DNA of 64,000 bases, taken from NCBI GenBank assembly GCA_050916045.1, contig CP051526.1, forward strand, positions 2,208,001 through 2,272,000. The letters are read 5' to 3'. Source of the DNA: Tepidisphaera sp. (GTDB lineage: Bacteria > Planctomycetota > Phycisphaerae > Phycisphaerales > UBA1924). Below the pieces are notes generated by a model that had not been told where the DNA came from, did no database searches, and worked only from the letters and a program-made list of their open reading frames with translations. Below, in pieces: positions 38,247-48,579 of the stretch (within the stretch, counting starts at the first letter, position 1; each line of letters begins with the position of its first letter). A program made the translations under genes and the position numbers.

Positions 38247-39374
38247 ATGAGCACCGACAAGAACAACCTCAACCTCGAACTCACCGGCCTCATCGAGACC
38301 CCCGCCGCACCCGGGGCCCGGCCCGAGCGCAAGCCCGAAGACCCCAAGGTCCTCGCCGCCATCGACCAGCTTCTCGACGCCGTCGGCGTCCCCGCCGCCA
38401 AGCGCGACACCTACGACGCCCGCCTCGTCAAGGACCTCATCGCGACCTCGGCCAAGCTCCTCCCCGACGGCCGCAACACCGGCGAGCTCAAGCTCATCAC
38501 CGCATCCGTCAAGGAGATGCGTTACGCCTACAAGATCTTCGCCAAGTACGCCGAGCCGCACAAGGTCACGATCTTCGGCTCCGCCCGCACCCCCGAGGAC
38601 CACCCCGACTTCGCCGCCTGCGTCGAGTTCTCCAAGCTCATGGCCGAGAAGAAGTGGATGTGCATCACCGGCGCCGGCAACGGCATCATGAAAGCCGGCC
38701 ACGTCGGCCCCGGCCGCGCCGCGTCCATCGGCGTCTCGATCAAGCTCCCCTTTGAGACCAACGCCAACACCGTCATCGCCGGCGACGAGAAGCTCATCCA
38801 CTTCCGCTACTTCTTCACCCGCAAGCTCATGTTCCTCTCGCAGGCCGAAGCCGTCGCGCTCTTCCCCGGCGGGTTCGGCACCTTCGACGAGGTCTTCGAG
38901 ACCCTGACCCTCGTCCAGACCGGCAAGAGCCAGATGGTCCCCATCGTCTGCTGCGAGGGGGCGGGCGGGACGTTCTGGAAGGAGTTTGACACCTGGATCA
39001 AGCGCGAGCTCGGCGGCCGCGGCTTCATCAACAGCGAGGACACCGGCATCTACAAGGTCTGCTCGACGCCGCAGGAAGCCGTCGACCACATCCTTGACTT
39101 CTACACGATCTACCACTCCTCGCGGTACGTGAAGGACGACCTGGTGATCCGCCTCAAGCGGCAGCTCACGCCGGACGAGCTCACCATCCTCAACCGCGAG
39201 TTCGCGATCATCATCAAGCAGGGCCAGATCGTTTCCCGCGGCCCCTACGAGGTCGAGGAGGATTTCCTGGACCTCCCCCGCATCGCCTTCACGCACACGC
39301 GGTCCAAGTTCGGCCTCATCCGCCGCCTGATCGACCGGATCAACAGCTTCGGCATGCAGGCCAAGCCGATCTGA
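38247..39374 (+). CDS. LOG-family nucleotide phosphoribohydrolase (TIGR00730-like)
   Basis: FGSAR, ITGAGNGIM, FFTRK, PGGFGTFDE. Confidence 0.92.
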   Translation: MSTDKNNLNLELTGLIETPAAPGARPERKPEDPKVLAAIDQLLDAVGVPAAKRDTYDARLVKDLIATSAKLLPDGRNTGELKLITASVKEMRYAYKIFAKYAEPHKVTIFGSARTPEDHPDFAACVEFSKLMAEKKWMCITGAGNGIMKAGHVGPGRAASIGVSIKLPFETNANTVIAGDEKLIHFRYFFTRKLMFLSQAEAVALFPGGFGTFDEVFETLTLVQTGKSQMVPIVCCEGAGGTFWKEFDTWIKRELGGRGFINSEDTGIYKVCSTPQEAVDHILDFYTIYHSSRYVKDDLVIRLKRQLTPDELTILNREFAIIIKQGQIVSRGPYEVEEDFLDLPRIAFTHTRSKFGLIRRLIDRINSFGMQAKPI

Positions 39375-39440
39375 AGAGAGACGCGACAAGAGACAGGCGA
39401 CACGAGACAAGAAACACCGTGACCCCGTGACTGCCCCATC

Positions 39441-39797
39441 ATGATCATCTTCCGCGAGTTCAAGTTCGAAGCCGCGCACTCGCTCCCCCGGGCTCCCGAG
39501 GGGCACAAGTGCCGCCGTCTCCACGGACACTCCTACCGGCTCATCGTCCACGTGCAGGGCGCAATCGACCCGCACACCGGCTGGGTCCGCGACTTCGCCG
39601 AGATCAAAGCCGGCGTGGCTCCGATCATCGACATGCTCGACCACCACAACCTCAACGACATCCCCGGCCTCGAGCAGTCGACGGTCGAGAACCTCGCGGT
39701 CTGGCTCTGGCCGCGGCTGAAAGCGGTCGTCCCCGGCCTGGTCAAGATCACCGTCTGGGAAACCGCGACCAGCGGCTGCGAGTACGCCGGCGTTTGA
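39441..39797 (+). CDS. queD: 6-carboxytetrahydropterin synthase
   Basis: FEAAH, KCRRLHGHSY, LDHHNLN, ENLA, WET. Confidence 0.95.
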   Translation: MIIFREFKFEAAHSLPRAPEGHKCRRLHGHSYRLIVHVQGAIDPHTGWVRDFAEIKAGVAPIIDMLDHHNLNDIPGLEQSTVENLAVWLWPRLKAVVPGLVKITVWETATSGCEYAGV

Positions 39798-39885
39798 ACG
39801 AGCCCGACGCGCAAGCGAGGGAGTTTCGGCTTTCGGCCCACCGAGTCACGACCGACCGACTCGGCCCACGTGTCTCCCCTCGCCC

Positions 39886-41643
39886 CTACCGCCCCAGTTC
39901 CGCGATCGTCCCATCCGCCGCCACGCGGAGCTGGTCCGACGCGAGCAGGTAATTCAGGATCGCCACGCGCAGGTCCCGCACCGCGTCGTCGCGCGCGTTC
40001 TCGGCGTTCAAGAGGTCGTTCTCCGTGTCCACAACCTGCTGCGGGTCGACCTGATCGATCCGGATCTGCTGCTCTTCCAAACGCTTGCGGTTGATCTCAA
40101 CCGCCCGCTCCGCGAGGTTCAGCCGGAACCGCGCGAGGTCCACGTTCCGCAGCGCCCCCCGCGCCTCGATGATCACCCGGTCGCGGTCCTCCTCGAACCC
40201 GCGTTCCGCTTGCTGCAGGCGGATCAGCGACTGCCGCAGCGCGAGCCCCTCGGCCCGACGATCGAGCGGCAGGCTCAGCGTCGCCGCCGCCGACCACGAG
40301 AGATCATCCGGATCAAAGCCAAGGCCCCCGACCCCCTCGTTGCTCGACGTCGGCACGCCCACATCCCCGCGGATGTTGAGGTCCGGGAGCAGGCGGTCCT
40401 TCGCGTTGGCCACGCTCCGCTTGGAGTCTTCAACGCGGTCCCGCGTGTTCTGCAGGTCCAGGCGGTACTCGAGCGCGGCCGCCGAAGCCGCTTCCAGAGA
40501 CTGGTCCGGCTCGGGCAGCGAGATCGCGAGCGGATTGATGACGATCGCGCGGCTCAGCGGCAAGCCCAGCCGCACCTTGAACCGGTCGAGCGCGAGGATG
40601 TACCCCTCGCGCTGACTCGCGAGCGAGCTGGTCGCGGTGAGCACCTGGTTCTCCGCGATCGCCCGCTCGAACTCCCGGATCCGCCCGGCTTCCACGCGGG
40701 CCCGCGTCCCGTCGGCGAACTTCTTGAGGCTTGTCAGCTGCCGCTCCTGGTTGACGATCTGGGCCTGAAGCTGGAGCAGCGAGAAATAGTCGGAGGCGAT
40801 CGAGACCAGGAACTGCCGCCGGAAACGTTCGAACTCGCGGGCTTCGTAGACCAGCGAGCGTTCGGCCTGGATGAGCGATTCCTCCGCCACCGAGCCGAAC
40901 CCGCGCAGAAGCGGGAGCGAAACGCCAAGCCCGACCTCCGACCCCTGCACGTAACGCCCGGTCGCCCGCTGCCGCAGGTTCTCCGTCCAGTTCGTCACCC
41001 AGCGAGCTTCGACCTCGCCGCCGAAGGGAAGCCGCTTGGTCGCTCGCAGCGTGTTGAGGATCGTCGCCGCGTGCTCGAATCGGCCCTCGACGCCGCTGCC
41101 GCCAATCCCGAAGGTCGTGTCGTTGAAGAGGCGGGGCGACCACTGGTGCCGCTCGATCAAGAGCGAGATCGCCGCGATGAGGTAATCCTCTTCGCGGGTC
41201 AGATACTCACGGGCCGACACCTGCGACATCTTGAAGACGCCGTCGAGGTCAAGCTGGATCGCCGGCTCGGCCGCAGCTCCGCCGGTCTTGCCCAGCGACT
41301 CCTCCCCGAACGCGGCGAGCCGGGCTTCGACATCCCGCGACTCCGCCGCGGGCGTGATGCGGATCTCTTCCGGCCGCGGGTTGACCGTCGTAAGCGTCTT
41401 GCTCGTTCCCGTGCCGCTGACGATCTCCCGGTCCCCGCCTGTCGGCTTGGGCGGCCGCGCCCCGTTGATGTCGATCGTGCGAAGCCCCGCCAGCTCGGCG
41501 ACCTCCTGATCCATCCGTTCAACGGAAGGGGAGCAGCCGCCGCACGCCAAACACAACCCAAGCACAACCAAGCCAGGTTTCAACCCTCGACAGAAAATCG
41601 GGTCCGGAAAGGTGAAAACGTCTCGTGTTTGGTCGGGTGTCAT
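39886..41643 (-). CDS. TolC-family outer membrane efflux protein
   Basis: Two OEP-like helical repeats, SLPL motifs, lipoprotein-like N-terminus. Start uncertain. Confidence 0.85.
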   Translation of the reverse strand: MTPDQTRDVFTFPDPIFCRGLKPGLVVLGLCLACGGCSPSVERMDQEVAELAGLRTIDINGARPPKPTGGDREIVSGTGTSKTLTTVNPRPEEIRITPAAESRDVEARLAAFGEESLGKTGGAAAEPAIQLDLDGVFKMSQVSAREYLTREEDYLIAAISLLIERHQWSPRLFNDTTFGIGGSGVEGRFEHAATILNTLRATKRLPFGGEVEARWVTNWTENLRQRATGRYVQGSEVGLGVSLPLLRGFGSVAEESLIQAERSLVYEAREFERFRRQFLVSIASDYFSLLQLQAQIVNQERQLTSLKKFADGTRARVEAGRIREFERAIAENQVLTATSSLASQREGYILALDRFKVRLGLPLSRAIVINPLAISLPEPDQSLEAASAAALEYRLDLQNTRDRVEDSKRSVANAKDRLLPDLNIRGDVGVPTSSNEGVGGLGFDPDDLSWSAAATLSLPLDRRAEGLALRQSLIRLQQAERGFEEDRDRVIIEARGALRNVDLARFRLNLAERAVEINRKRLEEQQIRIDQVDPQQVVDTENDLLNAENARDDAVRDLRVAILNYLLASDQLRVAADGTIAELGR

Positions 41644-41904
41644 GCGCACCGCGAGTCTACCACCCCACGGGAACCCGGTGGCACGATTGCGTTTCTGGAA
41701 ATGCGGTCCTATCGTTGCACCTTGGCCCGAGCGAGCCGCATAATCCTTTCATCTTGCGTTCATTTTCCGTACATCATGCGAACGCATAAGACCACGCGAG
41801 TCGATCTGTTCTGAACGAGGGTGCTTGGGGGACGGTGGCGGGGGCTCTGGAGGTGGGGTCCGGAGGTGGGCTCTGGAGGGATGGGGGGGAATCATGGAGT
41901 GTCG

Positions 41905-44748
41905 ATGCCGACAGTGACATACGACGGTCGCAGTTTCATGCTCGATGGGCGCCGCATCTGGGTCGTCTCGGGCACCGTCCCCATGCCGCGGCTTTCGCGC
42001 GATGTCTGGGCCGAACGCATCCACGCCGCCAAGCAAGCCGGCCTCAACACCATCGAGACGCCCATCTTCTGGAACCGGCATGAGCCCCGCGCCGGCCGCC
42101 TGGACTTCACCGGCGAGAATGACGTCCGCCACTTCGTCAAGCTCGTGCAGGCCGCCGGGATGTACGCCGTCCTGCGCGTCGGCCCGTTTGTCGGCTCATC
42201 GTGGGACCTCGGCGGCCTTCCCGCCTGGGTGCTTGATCTCAAGGAAGTCAAGCTCCGCGCCGGCGGCCCCGCGTTCCTCGACGCGTGCTCACGCTACATG
42301 GGTGCCCTCGTCGAACAGGTCCGCGACCTCCAGGTTTCCAGCGCCGGCAAGGGCGGCCCGCTCTTGGCCGTGCAGTGCGAAGCCGACTGGTCCTGCGGCG
42401 ATGAGGACGTCGCCGACCACTACCTCCGCGAGCTCAACCGCTTCCTCCGCGAGAGCGGCCTGACCATCCCGATCCTCAACAGCAACAACCTCTGGCAGTC
42501 CGTCGAAGGGCAGATCGACGGCTGGGCGGGCCGGGACGAGATGCTTCCGACCATGCGGCAGCTTTCGTGCGTTCGCGGCGATCAGCCTCGCTTCGTGACG
42601 AGTTTCCCCGTCGGCGAGCAGTCCGTCTGGGGCCAGACGCCCGACAGCCCGCTCGAGCCGTGGCTTGCTCAGCGTCGCTTGGCCGAGATCCTCGCCGGCG
42701 GCGGTCAGTTCAACATCGATCCCTTTGCCGGCGGGACCAACACGGGCTTCTGGGGCGGCCGCTTGCCCGAGGGCGACTCGGTCTTCGCGTGCACCTCCGC
42801 GGATCAGGACGCTCCCATCGGCGAATCCGGCTCGCGCGGTCCCGCGTGGGCCATGGTCCGCCGCATCGCCGCCTTCGCGACGCGTTTCGGCAAGACCTTC
42901 GCCGGCCTCGACCCCGGCTACCAGCCCATCGCTCTCCACCCGGGCTCGGGCAAGAACAAAGCCAGCACCAAGAAGCACACCGAAGCCGCCCACGGCGAGC
43001 ACGCCGTCGTCCACACGATGGGCCCCCAGGGCGCGGTCGTCTTCGTCTTCGGCAACGAGCCCTCGCCCGAAGCTCACCCCGCCAACCTCCTCCTGCCCGA
43101 GGGTGAATCCCTGCAGGTCCACCTCGGCAATCAAGCGGTCGTGTGGTGCCTCTTTGACACCAACCTCAACCCCCGCGCCCACCTGGACTACACCAACCTC
43201 AACGCGTTCGCGATGGTCGGCCGCGTCTTCGTCTGCTTCGGCCAGCCCAAGACCACCGGCGTCGTCTCCATCAACGGCGCTCTGCTTGAGATCGGCGTCC
43301 CCGCGCCCGGCGCCGCTCCCACGCTCGTCGAGCACGAGGGTGTGCAGGTGCTGATCCTCGGCGAGGACCAGATCGACTCCACCTTCGTCACCGAAGACTC
43401 CGTCTACATCGGCGTCGTCGGCACCACGCCCGACGGCAAGCCGATCGTCGCGCCGGGCAGCAAGTCCTACCTCCACATCTCTTCCGACGGCGTGCTCACC
43501 ACCCGTCCCTCCTCCGGCCCCAAGTCCGTCGCTCTCGCGCAGGTCGTCCCAAGCGGCGACCGCGTCACCCTCGGCGATTGGACCACCGCCGGCCTCGAGG
43601 AATACCTCACCGGCGAAAGCGCCCGCTACGCCTCGATCCCCGGCCCGTCAGACCTCGCCGCTCTCGGCTCACCCTTCGGTTACGGCTGGTACCGCCTCAC
43701 GCTCAAGAACGCTTCGGCCCGCAAAGCCCGCGTTTCCTTCACGCACGGCGGCGACCGCCTGCACGTCTACAGCGCCGGCAAGCTCGCGGGCATCGCCGGC
43801 GTCGGCCCCGACGCTCACCCCAAGCTCGACATCCCCCTCCACAAGGGCACCGACCAGATCGTCATCCTCACAGACAACCTCGGCCGCTTCGCGGGCGGCG
43901 CTCACCTCGCCGAACGCAAGGGCGTCGCCGATCACGTCCACGAGGTCGAACCTATCAAGCCCGGCCCCTCCAAGCTCGTCCGCGGCGAGCCCATCGAGGT
44001 CCTCGCGTTCCGCACGCCCCTCTGGAACCTCCGCCCCGGCGACAGCACCGAGCCCGACCGCGTCACCTGGACCGTCCCCCACCGCAAGAAAACCCCGGTC
44101 ATCGTCCATTTCAACGGCCTGCCCGTCCGCGGCCTGCTCGTCGTCGACGGCGTCACCGTCGGCTACGTCGACCAGGGTGGCCCGCGCACCGTCGTTCTCG
44201 ACGTCGAGAAGTTCTCCCGCGGCTCCGCTCAGGTCCAGCTCGCCCTCATCGGCGACGGCAAGCAGCTCACCCCCGAGATCATCAAGGCCATCGACCACGC
44301 CGTCACCTTCGACGACGCCGTCGCGCCCCTCTCCACCAAGGCCGAATGGGCTTTCGCCAAGTGGGAAATGCCCCCCGCTTCCGCATTCAAGCCCGCCAAA
44401 GCCGCCAAGTCCGAAGCGCCCCGCTGGTGGAAAGCGTCCTTCAAAGCCGCCAAGACTCCCGCTCCCCTCTACTTCGAAGCTCTCGGCCTCACCAAGGGCC
44501 AGATCTACATCAACGGCCGACACCTGGGCCGCTACTACACCGGCGGCGTCGACGGCAAACCCATCCCCGGGCAGACGCGCTACTACATCCCCTCCTCCTG
44601 GATCCGACAGGGCGCCGAAAACGACATCATCCTCTTCGAAGAGCACGGCCACGCCCCGACCAAAGCCAAGCTCGTCTACGACGCCGACAAAACCCCACTT
44701 ACCGTCTCCGCGCCCGGCTCACCGGCCGGGTCGCCTACCGTCGCTTGA
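41905..44748 (+). CDS. GH35 beta-galactosidase-like protein with degenerate catalytic residues
   Basis: GLNTIETPIFWNRHEP, RVGP..GGLPAW, GGTN, KGQIYINGRHLGRY, Q..Y.IP. Confidence 0.88.
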   Translation: MPTVTYDGRSFMLDGRRIWVVSGTVPMPRLSRDVWAERIHAAKQAGLNTIETPIFWNRHEPRAGRLDFTGENDVRHFVKLVQAAGMYAVLRVGPFVGSSWDLGGLPAWVLDLKEVKLRAGGPAFLDACSRYMGALVEQVRDLQVSSAGKGGPLLAVQCEADWSCGDEDVADHYLRELNRFLRESGLTIPILNSNNLWQSVEGQIDGWAGRDEMLPTMRQLSCVRGDQPRFVTSFPVGEQSVWGQTPDSPLEPWLAQRRLAEILAGGGQFNIDPFAGGTNTGFWGGRLPEGDSVFACTSADQDAPIGESGSRGPAWAMVRRIAAFATRFGKTFAGLDPGYQPIALHPGSGKNKASTKKHTEAAHGEHAVVHTMGPQGAVVFVFGNEPSPEAHPANLLLPEGESLQVHLGNQAVVWCLFDTNLNPRAHLDYTNLNAFAMVGRVFVCFGQPKTTGVVSINGALLEIGVPAPGAAPTLVEHEGVQVLILGEDQIDSTFVTEDSVYIGVVGTTPDGKPIVAPGSKSYLHISSDGVLTTRPSSGPKSVALAQVVPSGDRVTLGDWTTAGLEEYLTGESARYASIPGPSDLAALGSPFGYGWYRLTLKNASARKARVSFTHGGDRLHVYSAGKLAGIAGVGPDAHPKLDIPLHKGTDQIVILTDNLGRFAGGAHLAERKGVADHVHEVEPIKPGPSKLVRGEPIEVLAFRTPLWNLRPGDSTEPDRVTWTVPHRKKTPVIVHFNGLPVRGLLVVDGVTVGYVDQGGPRTVVLDVEKFSRGSAQVQLALIGDGKQLTPEIIKAIDHAVTFDDAVAPLSTKAEWAFAKWEMPPASAFKPAKAAKSEAPRWWKASFKAAKTPAPLYFEALGLTKGQIYINGRHLGRYYTGGVDGKPIPGQTRYYIPSSWIRQGAENDIILFEEHGHAPTKAKLVYDADKTPLTVSAPGSPAGSPTVA

Positions 44749-45326
44749 TGTTCACGGATTACCCGACCAGAGACGTCACCCTGTGGCAAGCCGCCGCGGC
44801 CTACGCGTCATTCAAGCACCGCCACCAGCTCCGCAAGGATCAGAAGACGCCCTACATCTCCCACCCCTTCCGCGTCGCGATGACGATCCGGCAGGTCTTT
44901 GACTGCGCCGATCCCGAAGTCCTCGCCGCCGCCCTGATGCACGACCTCATCGAGGACACCACCACCGACTACGAAGACATCGAGCGGAAATTCGGCACTC
45001 CCATCGCCGACCTCGTCGCCGCCATGACCAAAAACATGGCTCTCCCCGAAGACCGTCGCGAAACCGAGTACGAGCAGGCCCTCGCCAAAGCCGACTGGCG
45101 AGCCCGCCTCCTCAAGCTCGGAGACACCTTCGACAACCTCTGCGACGCCATGTCCAACCCCGCCGCTTCACCCATCGACAAAGCCGCCGAAAAGGCCCGC
45201 ACAGCCATCGACCTCGCCAAAGCCGACGCCGACAAGCACCCCGAGTCCGCCCGCGCCATCGCCGCTCTCACCAGCGTGCTCAAGTCCGCCGGCGCAAGGA
45301 TGGCCCGTGCCGAGCACCAGCCCTGA
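44748..45326 (+). CDS. HD-domain (p)ppGpp hydrolase-like protein (SAH/Mesh1-like)
   Basis: H..Q.RK..PYISHP, LMHDLIEDT, KLGDTFDN. Confidence 0.88.
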   Translation: MFTDYPTRDVTLWQAAAAYASFKHRHQLRKDQKTPYISHPFRVAMTIRQVFDCADPEVLAAALMHDLIEDTTTDYEDIERKFGTPIADLVAAMTKNMALPEDRRETEYEQALAKADWRARLLKLGDTFDNLCDAMSNPAASPIDKAAEKARTAIDLAKADADKHPESARAIAALTSVLKSAGARMARAEHQP

Positions 45327-46284
45327 CCAACCCGCCCCACGCCGCGATTCCCCACTCCGCGACTCCCCGCGCCTCTGGCGACTCAGCGACCGCGTCAGCA
45401 TCCCGCTCGACCGCCCCGTCGTCATGGGCATCCTCAACGTCACACCCGACAGCTTCTCCGACGGCGGCAAGCTCGATAACCCCGCGGCCATCACCGCCGC
45501 CGCTCGAGCGATGATCCAGGCCGGCGCCGACCTCCTCGATCTCGGAGCCGAATCCACCCGCCCCGGCGCCCGCCGCGTCTCCGCCACCGACCAGCTCGGC
45601 CGCTTGCTCCCCGCCATCTCCGCCGTTCGCGCCGTCTCCGAAACCATCCCGCTCACCATCGACACCACGCTCGAAGCGGTCGCGCACGCGGCGCTCGAAC
45701 ACGGCGGCGATGCGATCAACGACGTCTCCGCGGGCGAGGATTCCGGCGACGGCATGCTCCGCTTGGCCGCTCAGCGTCGCTGCGGCCTGATCCTCATGCA
45801 CCGCAAGGTCGCTCCTCCCGCCGATTCCTATTCCGACGCGTACGCGACGCCCCCGCAGTACGCCGATGTCGTCGCCGAGGTCGCCGAGTTCCTCAGGTCG
45901 CGTGCGGACGCCGCCATCGCCGCCGGCGTCCCGCCCGAGTGCATCGCGCTCGACCCGGGCCTGGGCTTCGGCAAATCCGTCGAGCAGAACCTCGCCCTCC
46001 TCACCCGCACGGGCGAGCTCTCACGCGACTTCCCAATCGTGAGCGGCCTCTCCCGCAAGAGCTTCGTCGGCCGCCTGACGCTCCAGCGAGACTCCACGCC
46101 CGATGAACGCCTCCCGGGCACGATCGCACTCTCGATCGACCACCTCCGCGCCGGAGCCTCCATCTTCCGGGTTCACGATGTCGCCCCCCTGCGCGAAGCT
46201 CTCGACGCCGCCCGCCGGGGCGGTGACACAGCGGGCCGACCACCCACCCCACCCGATGCCAAACCACGCCGCACATCGCCCTGA
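45307..46284 (+). CDS. folP: Dihydropteroate synthase
   Basis: MGILNVTPDSFSDGG, GAESTRPG, DPGLGFGK, SRKSF, RVHDV. Confidence 0.96.
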   Translation: MPSTSPDQPAPRRDSPLRDSPRLWRLSDRVSIPLDRPVVMGILNVTPDSFSDGGKLDNPAAITAAARAMIQAGADLLDLGAESTRPGARRVSATDQLGRLLPAISAVRAVSETIPLTIDTTLEAVAHAALEHGGDAINDVSAGEDSGDGMLRLAAQRRCGLILMHRKVAPPADSYSDAYATPPQYADVVAEVAEFLRSRADAAIAAGVPPECIALDPGLGFGKSVEQNLALLTRTGELSRDFPIVSGLSRKSFVGRLTLQRDSTPDERLPGTIALSIDHLRAGASIFRVHDVAPLREALDAARRGGDTAGRPPTPPDAKPRRTSP

Positions 46285-46388
46285 TCGCCGGGTTGTCACC
46301 TTTCCCGCCTAGCATTCATCCAAGCTTGTAGAACGACACAACCGAGCCCGCCGCACACGGCCGGGCTCACCAAAGAATGGAGTCTCCA

Positions 46389-46721
46389 ATGGCAGGCGCT
46401 CACGTCAAGGAATTCACCGACGGCAACTTCGAGTCCGAAGTCCTCCGCTCCTCCGAACCCGTCGTCGTCGACTTCTGGGCCGAATGGTGCCAGCCCTGCC
46501 GCGCGCTGGGCCCCACCATCGACTCCCTCGCGACCAAGTACTCCGGGAAAGCCAAGATCGGCAAGGTCGACATCGACAACAACCAGAAGGTCGCCGCCGA
46601 CTTTGGCATCATGGCCATCCCCACCGTCCTGGTCTTCAAGGGCGGCCAGATCGTCAAACGCTTCCAGGGCGTGACCAGCGAAGCCGTCCTCTCCGGCGCG
46701 ATCGACCAGGCCATCGCCTGA
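46389..46721 (+). CDS. trxA: Thioredoxin
   Basis: VDFWAEWCQPC, IPT. Confidence 0.93.
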   Translation: MAGAHVKEFTDGNFESEVLRSSEPVVVDFWAEWCQPCRALGPTIDSLATKYSGKAKIGKVDIDNNQKVAADFGIMAIPTVLVFKGGQIVKRFQGVTSEAVLSGAIDQAIA

Positions 46722-46779
46722 TCGTCCGGCCACCGGCTTTCACGCCCCGAATCCCGTTGAAAATACCGTCCAGAACCTG

Positions 46780-46814
46780 AATCACCCGGCCCCCCAGCCG
46801 GGTGATTCCTCTTT
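46780..46814 (+). terminator. Probable intrinsic terminator after trxA
   Basis: AATCACCCGGC-N6-GCCGGGTGATT stem followed by a pyrimidine run. Confidence 0.5.
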
Positions 46815-46838
46815 GCGCGGCGCTTACACTGATCCACC

Positions 46839-47933
46839 ATGGCAGTGACCACGACCTCCACCGGCTCCACGCTCCGCACCGACTCCGCCACGCCCACCAA
46901 AAAGCTCCGATGCGGCGTCGTCGGCGTCGGCCGCATGGGCCAGCACCACGCCCGCGTCTACGCCACCATGCCCGGCTGCCAACTCGTCGGCGTCGTCGAC
47001 GCCAGCAAGGAACGCCGCGGCGCGATCGCCGACAAGTTCGACACCCGCGCCTTGGAATCCGTCGAACAACTCATCGACGCCGGCGTCGACGCCGTCTCCA
47101 TCGCCGTCCCCACCATCTACCATTGGGACGCCGCCGAGCCCCTCCTCAAAGCCGGTGTCGCCTGCCTCGTCGAGAAGCCGCTCGCCAAGGACGTCGAATC
47201 CGCCCTCGCCATCAAGGACCTGGCCGAGAAGACCGGCAGCGTCCTCATGGTCGGCCACATCGAACGCTTCAACCCCGTCATCCGCGCGTTCCAGCGTGCG
47301 ACCGAGGGCGGCCTCCCCGTCGTCCCCCGCTACATCGAGGTCCATCGCGTTAGCCCGATGACCTTCCGCTCCGTCGACATCTCCGTCGTCATGGACATGA
47401 TGATCCACGACATCGACGTCCTCCTCATGCTCATGGGCGGCCGCGAACCCGACGACGTGCAAGCCTCCGGCGTCGCGGTCATCACCGAGCACGAGGACAT
47501 CTGCAACGCTCGCCTCACGTGGAACCTGCCCACCGGCCAGTGCGTGGCGAACGTCTCGGCAAGCCGCTTGGCTCTCAAGACCGAACGCATCACCCGCATC
47601 ACCGGCGAGAACGCGTACATCAAGATCGACTACGCCGCGAAGAACGGCACGATGATCCGCCGGATCGCCAACGAGATCCAGATGCGTGAGATGCGTGAAC
47701 AGCTCCGCAAGGGGTCGGACCTCACGGCTCTCAAGTGGCAGGAGCTCGTCAACATCGAGCAGCTCGTCGTCGACGATGCCGAGCCGATCGTGGCCGAGAT
47801 TAAGGAATTCCTGGAAGCCGTCCGCGCCGGCCGCCGCCCCTCGATCGACGCCGAAGCCGGCTTCGCGAACGTCCGCACGGCCCAGCGCATCCTGGATGCG
47901 ATCGGCTCGACGCAGCGGATGATCAAGGGGTGA
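46839..47933 (+). CDS. Gfo/Idh/MocA oxidoreductase
   Basis: GVGRMG, EKP, GHIERFNP, DMMIHDID. Confidence 0.92.
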   Translation: MAVTTTSTGSTLRTDSATPTKKLRCGVVGVGRMGQHHARVYATMPGCQLVGVVDASKERRGAIADKFDTRALESVEQLIDAGVDAVSIAVPTIYHWDAAEPLLKAGVACLVEKPLAKDVESALAIKDLAEKTGSVLMVGHIERFNPVIRAFQRATEGGLPVVPRYIEVHRVSPMTFRSVDISVVMDMMIHDIDVLLMLMGGREPDDVQASGVAVITEHEDICNARLTWNLPTGQCVANVSASRLALKTERITRITGENAYIKIDYAAKNGTMIRRIANEIQMREMREQLRKGSDLTALKWQELVNIEQLVVDDAEPIVAEIKEFLEAVRAGRRPSIDAEAGFANVRTAQRILDAIGSTQRMIKG

Positions 47934-47940
47934 GTTCCGG

Positions 47941-48037
47941 AGCCCGAAGGGCTCATCGTTCATAGCCGGGGGTCAAGCGAGTCTTCGAGCGCGACCCCCG
48001 GAAAGCATGTTTCGGCTCTTCGACCCCGACGGGGTCG
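47941..48037. repeat. ~100-bp REP-like composite palindrome
   Basis: agcccgaagggct..tagccgggggtcaagcgagt..cccccgga..cgaccccga.ggggtcg; same layout as 18369-18468. Confidence 0.8.
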
Positions 48038-48063
48038 TCCGAGACTATCGATACGCTGCACCC

Positions 48064-48579
48064 ATGACGATTTCCATCGACATCCAACCCGACACGGGCC
48101 TCGTCATCAACGGCTCATTCATTCGCCATCAATGCGATCCCCAAGCGTTTTACACGGCACTCGGCCGACCCGATCGGATCTGCACCGGCAAGATTCCCGC
48201 CCCGGTCGGCCACCGAAACAACCACGTGCATGTGTACGACGAACTGGGCATCTGTCTGTTCGACAACCACCGCACACTGCGAATCACGGCTCTGCTGTGC
48301 TTGTTCGATACAAACTACCTGCCGGAACGGCCCCAGAATCCGTTCCGAGGCGAACTATCCATCGATGCGCACCCGATCACGAATCCCATCTCACTCAAGG
48401 CTTTAGACGACCTTGCAATGACCAAGCAACTGGGCTGGTTCGTGCGCGATGGAACCGTGTGCTACGTCAACGTCGAACTTCGCCCGGTCAATCGATCCCG
48501 AAGCCGTGATTCGCTCCACGAAATTCGATGTCTGGGCGTGTCGCTCCGCGATCCTGATAAGCTCGGGCCAGCTCGCTAA
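48064..48579 (+). CDS. Hypothetical protein
   Basis: Atypical composition; LGRPDR..HVYDELGI motif; start set by TACGCT 6 nt upstream. Confidence 0.7.
   Translation: MTISIDIQPDTGLVINGSFIRHQCDPQAFYTALGRPDRICTGKIPAPVGHRNNHVHVYDELGICLFDNHRTLRITALLCLFDTNYLPERPQNPFRGELSIDAHPITNPISLKALDDLAMTKQLGWFVRDGTVCYVNVELRPVNRSRSRDSLHEIRCLGVSLRDPDKLGPAR

Noticed and set aside
39377..39420. Short 7-bp periodic run (gagacaa/gcgacac) before queD; possible preQ1 riboswitch
   Set aside because: No stem plus A-rich tail of a preQ1 aptamer; looks like a simple microsatellite.
11508..39797. Deazaguanine DNA-modification (dpd) cluster from the QueC-like gene plus queD
   Set aside because: The genes are 27 kb apart and no dpdA/tgt-like gene is present.
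39801..39822. REP-like agcccgacgcgcaagcgaggga
   Set aside because: Single copy in the window, so it cannot be shown to be a repeat here.
45335..45373. 15-bp repeat in the folP N-terminus (RDSPL RDSPR)
   Set aside because: Only ~2.5 copies in a low-complexity leader; little evidence of function.
46389..46721. WCQPC instead of WCGPC in thioredoxin
   Set aside because: Ordinary active-site variation.
48007..48063. ORF-track start at 48007 (and the hrpA extension to 52664)
   Set aside because: These extensions lie in REP elements; downstream starts with -10 boxes fit better.
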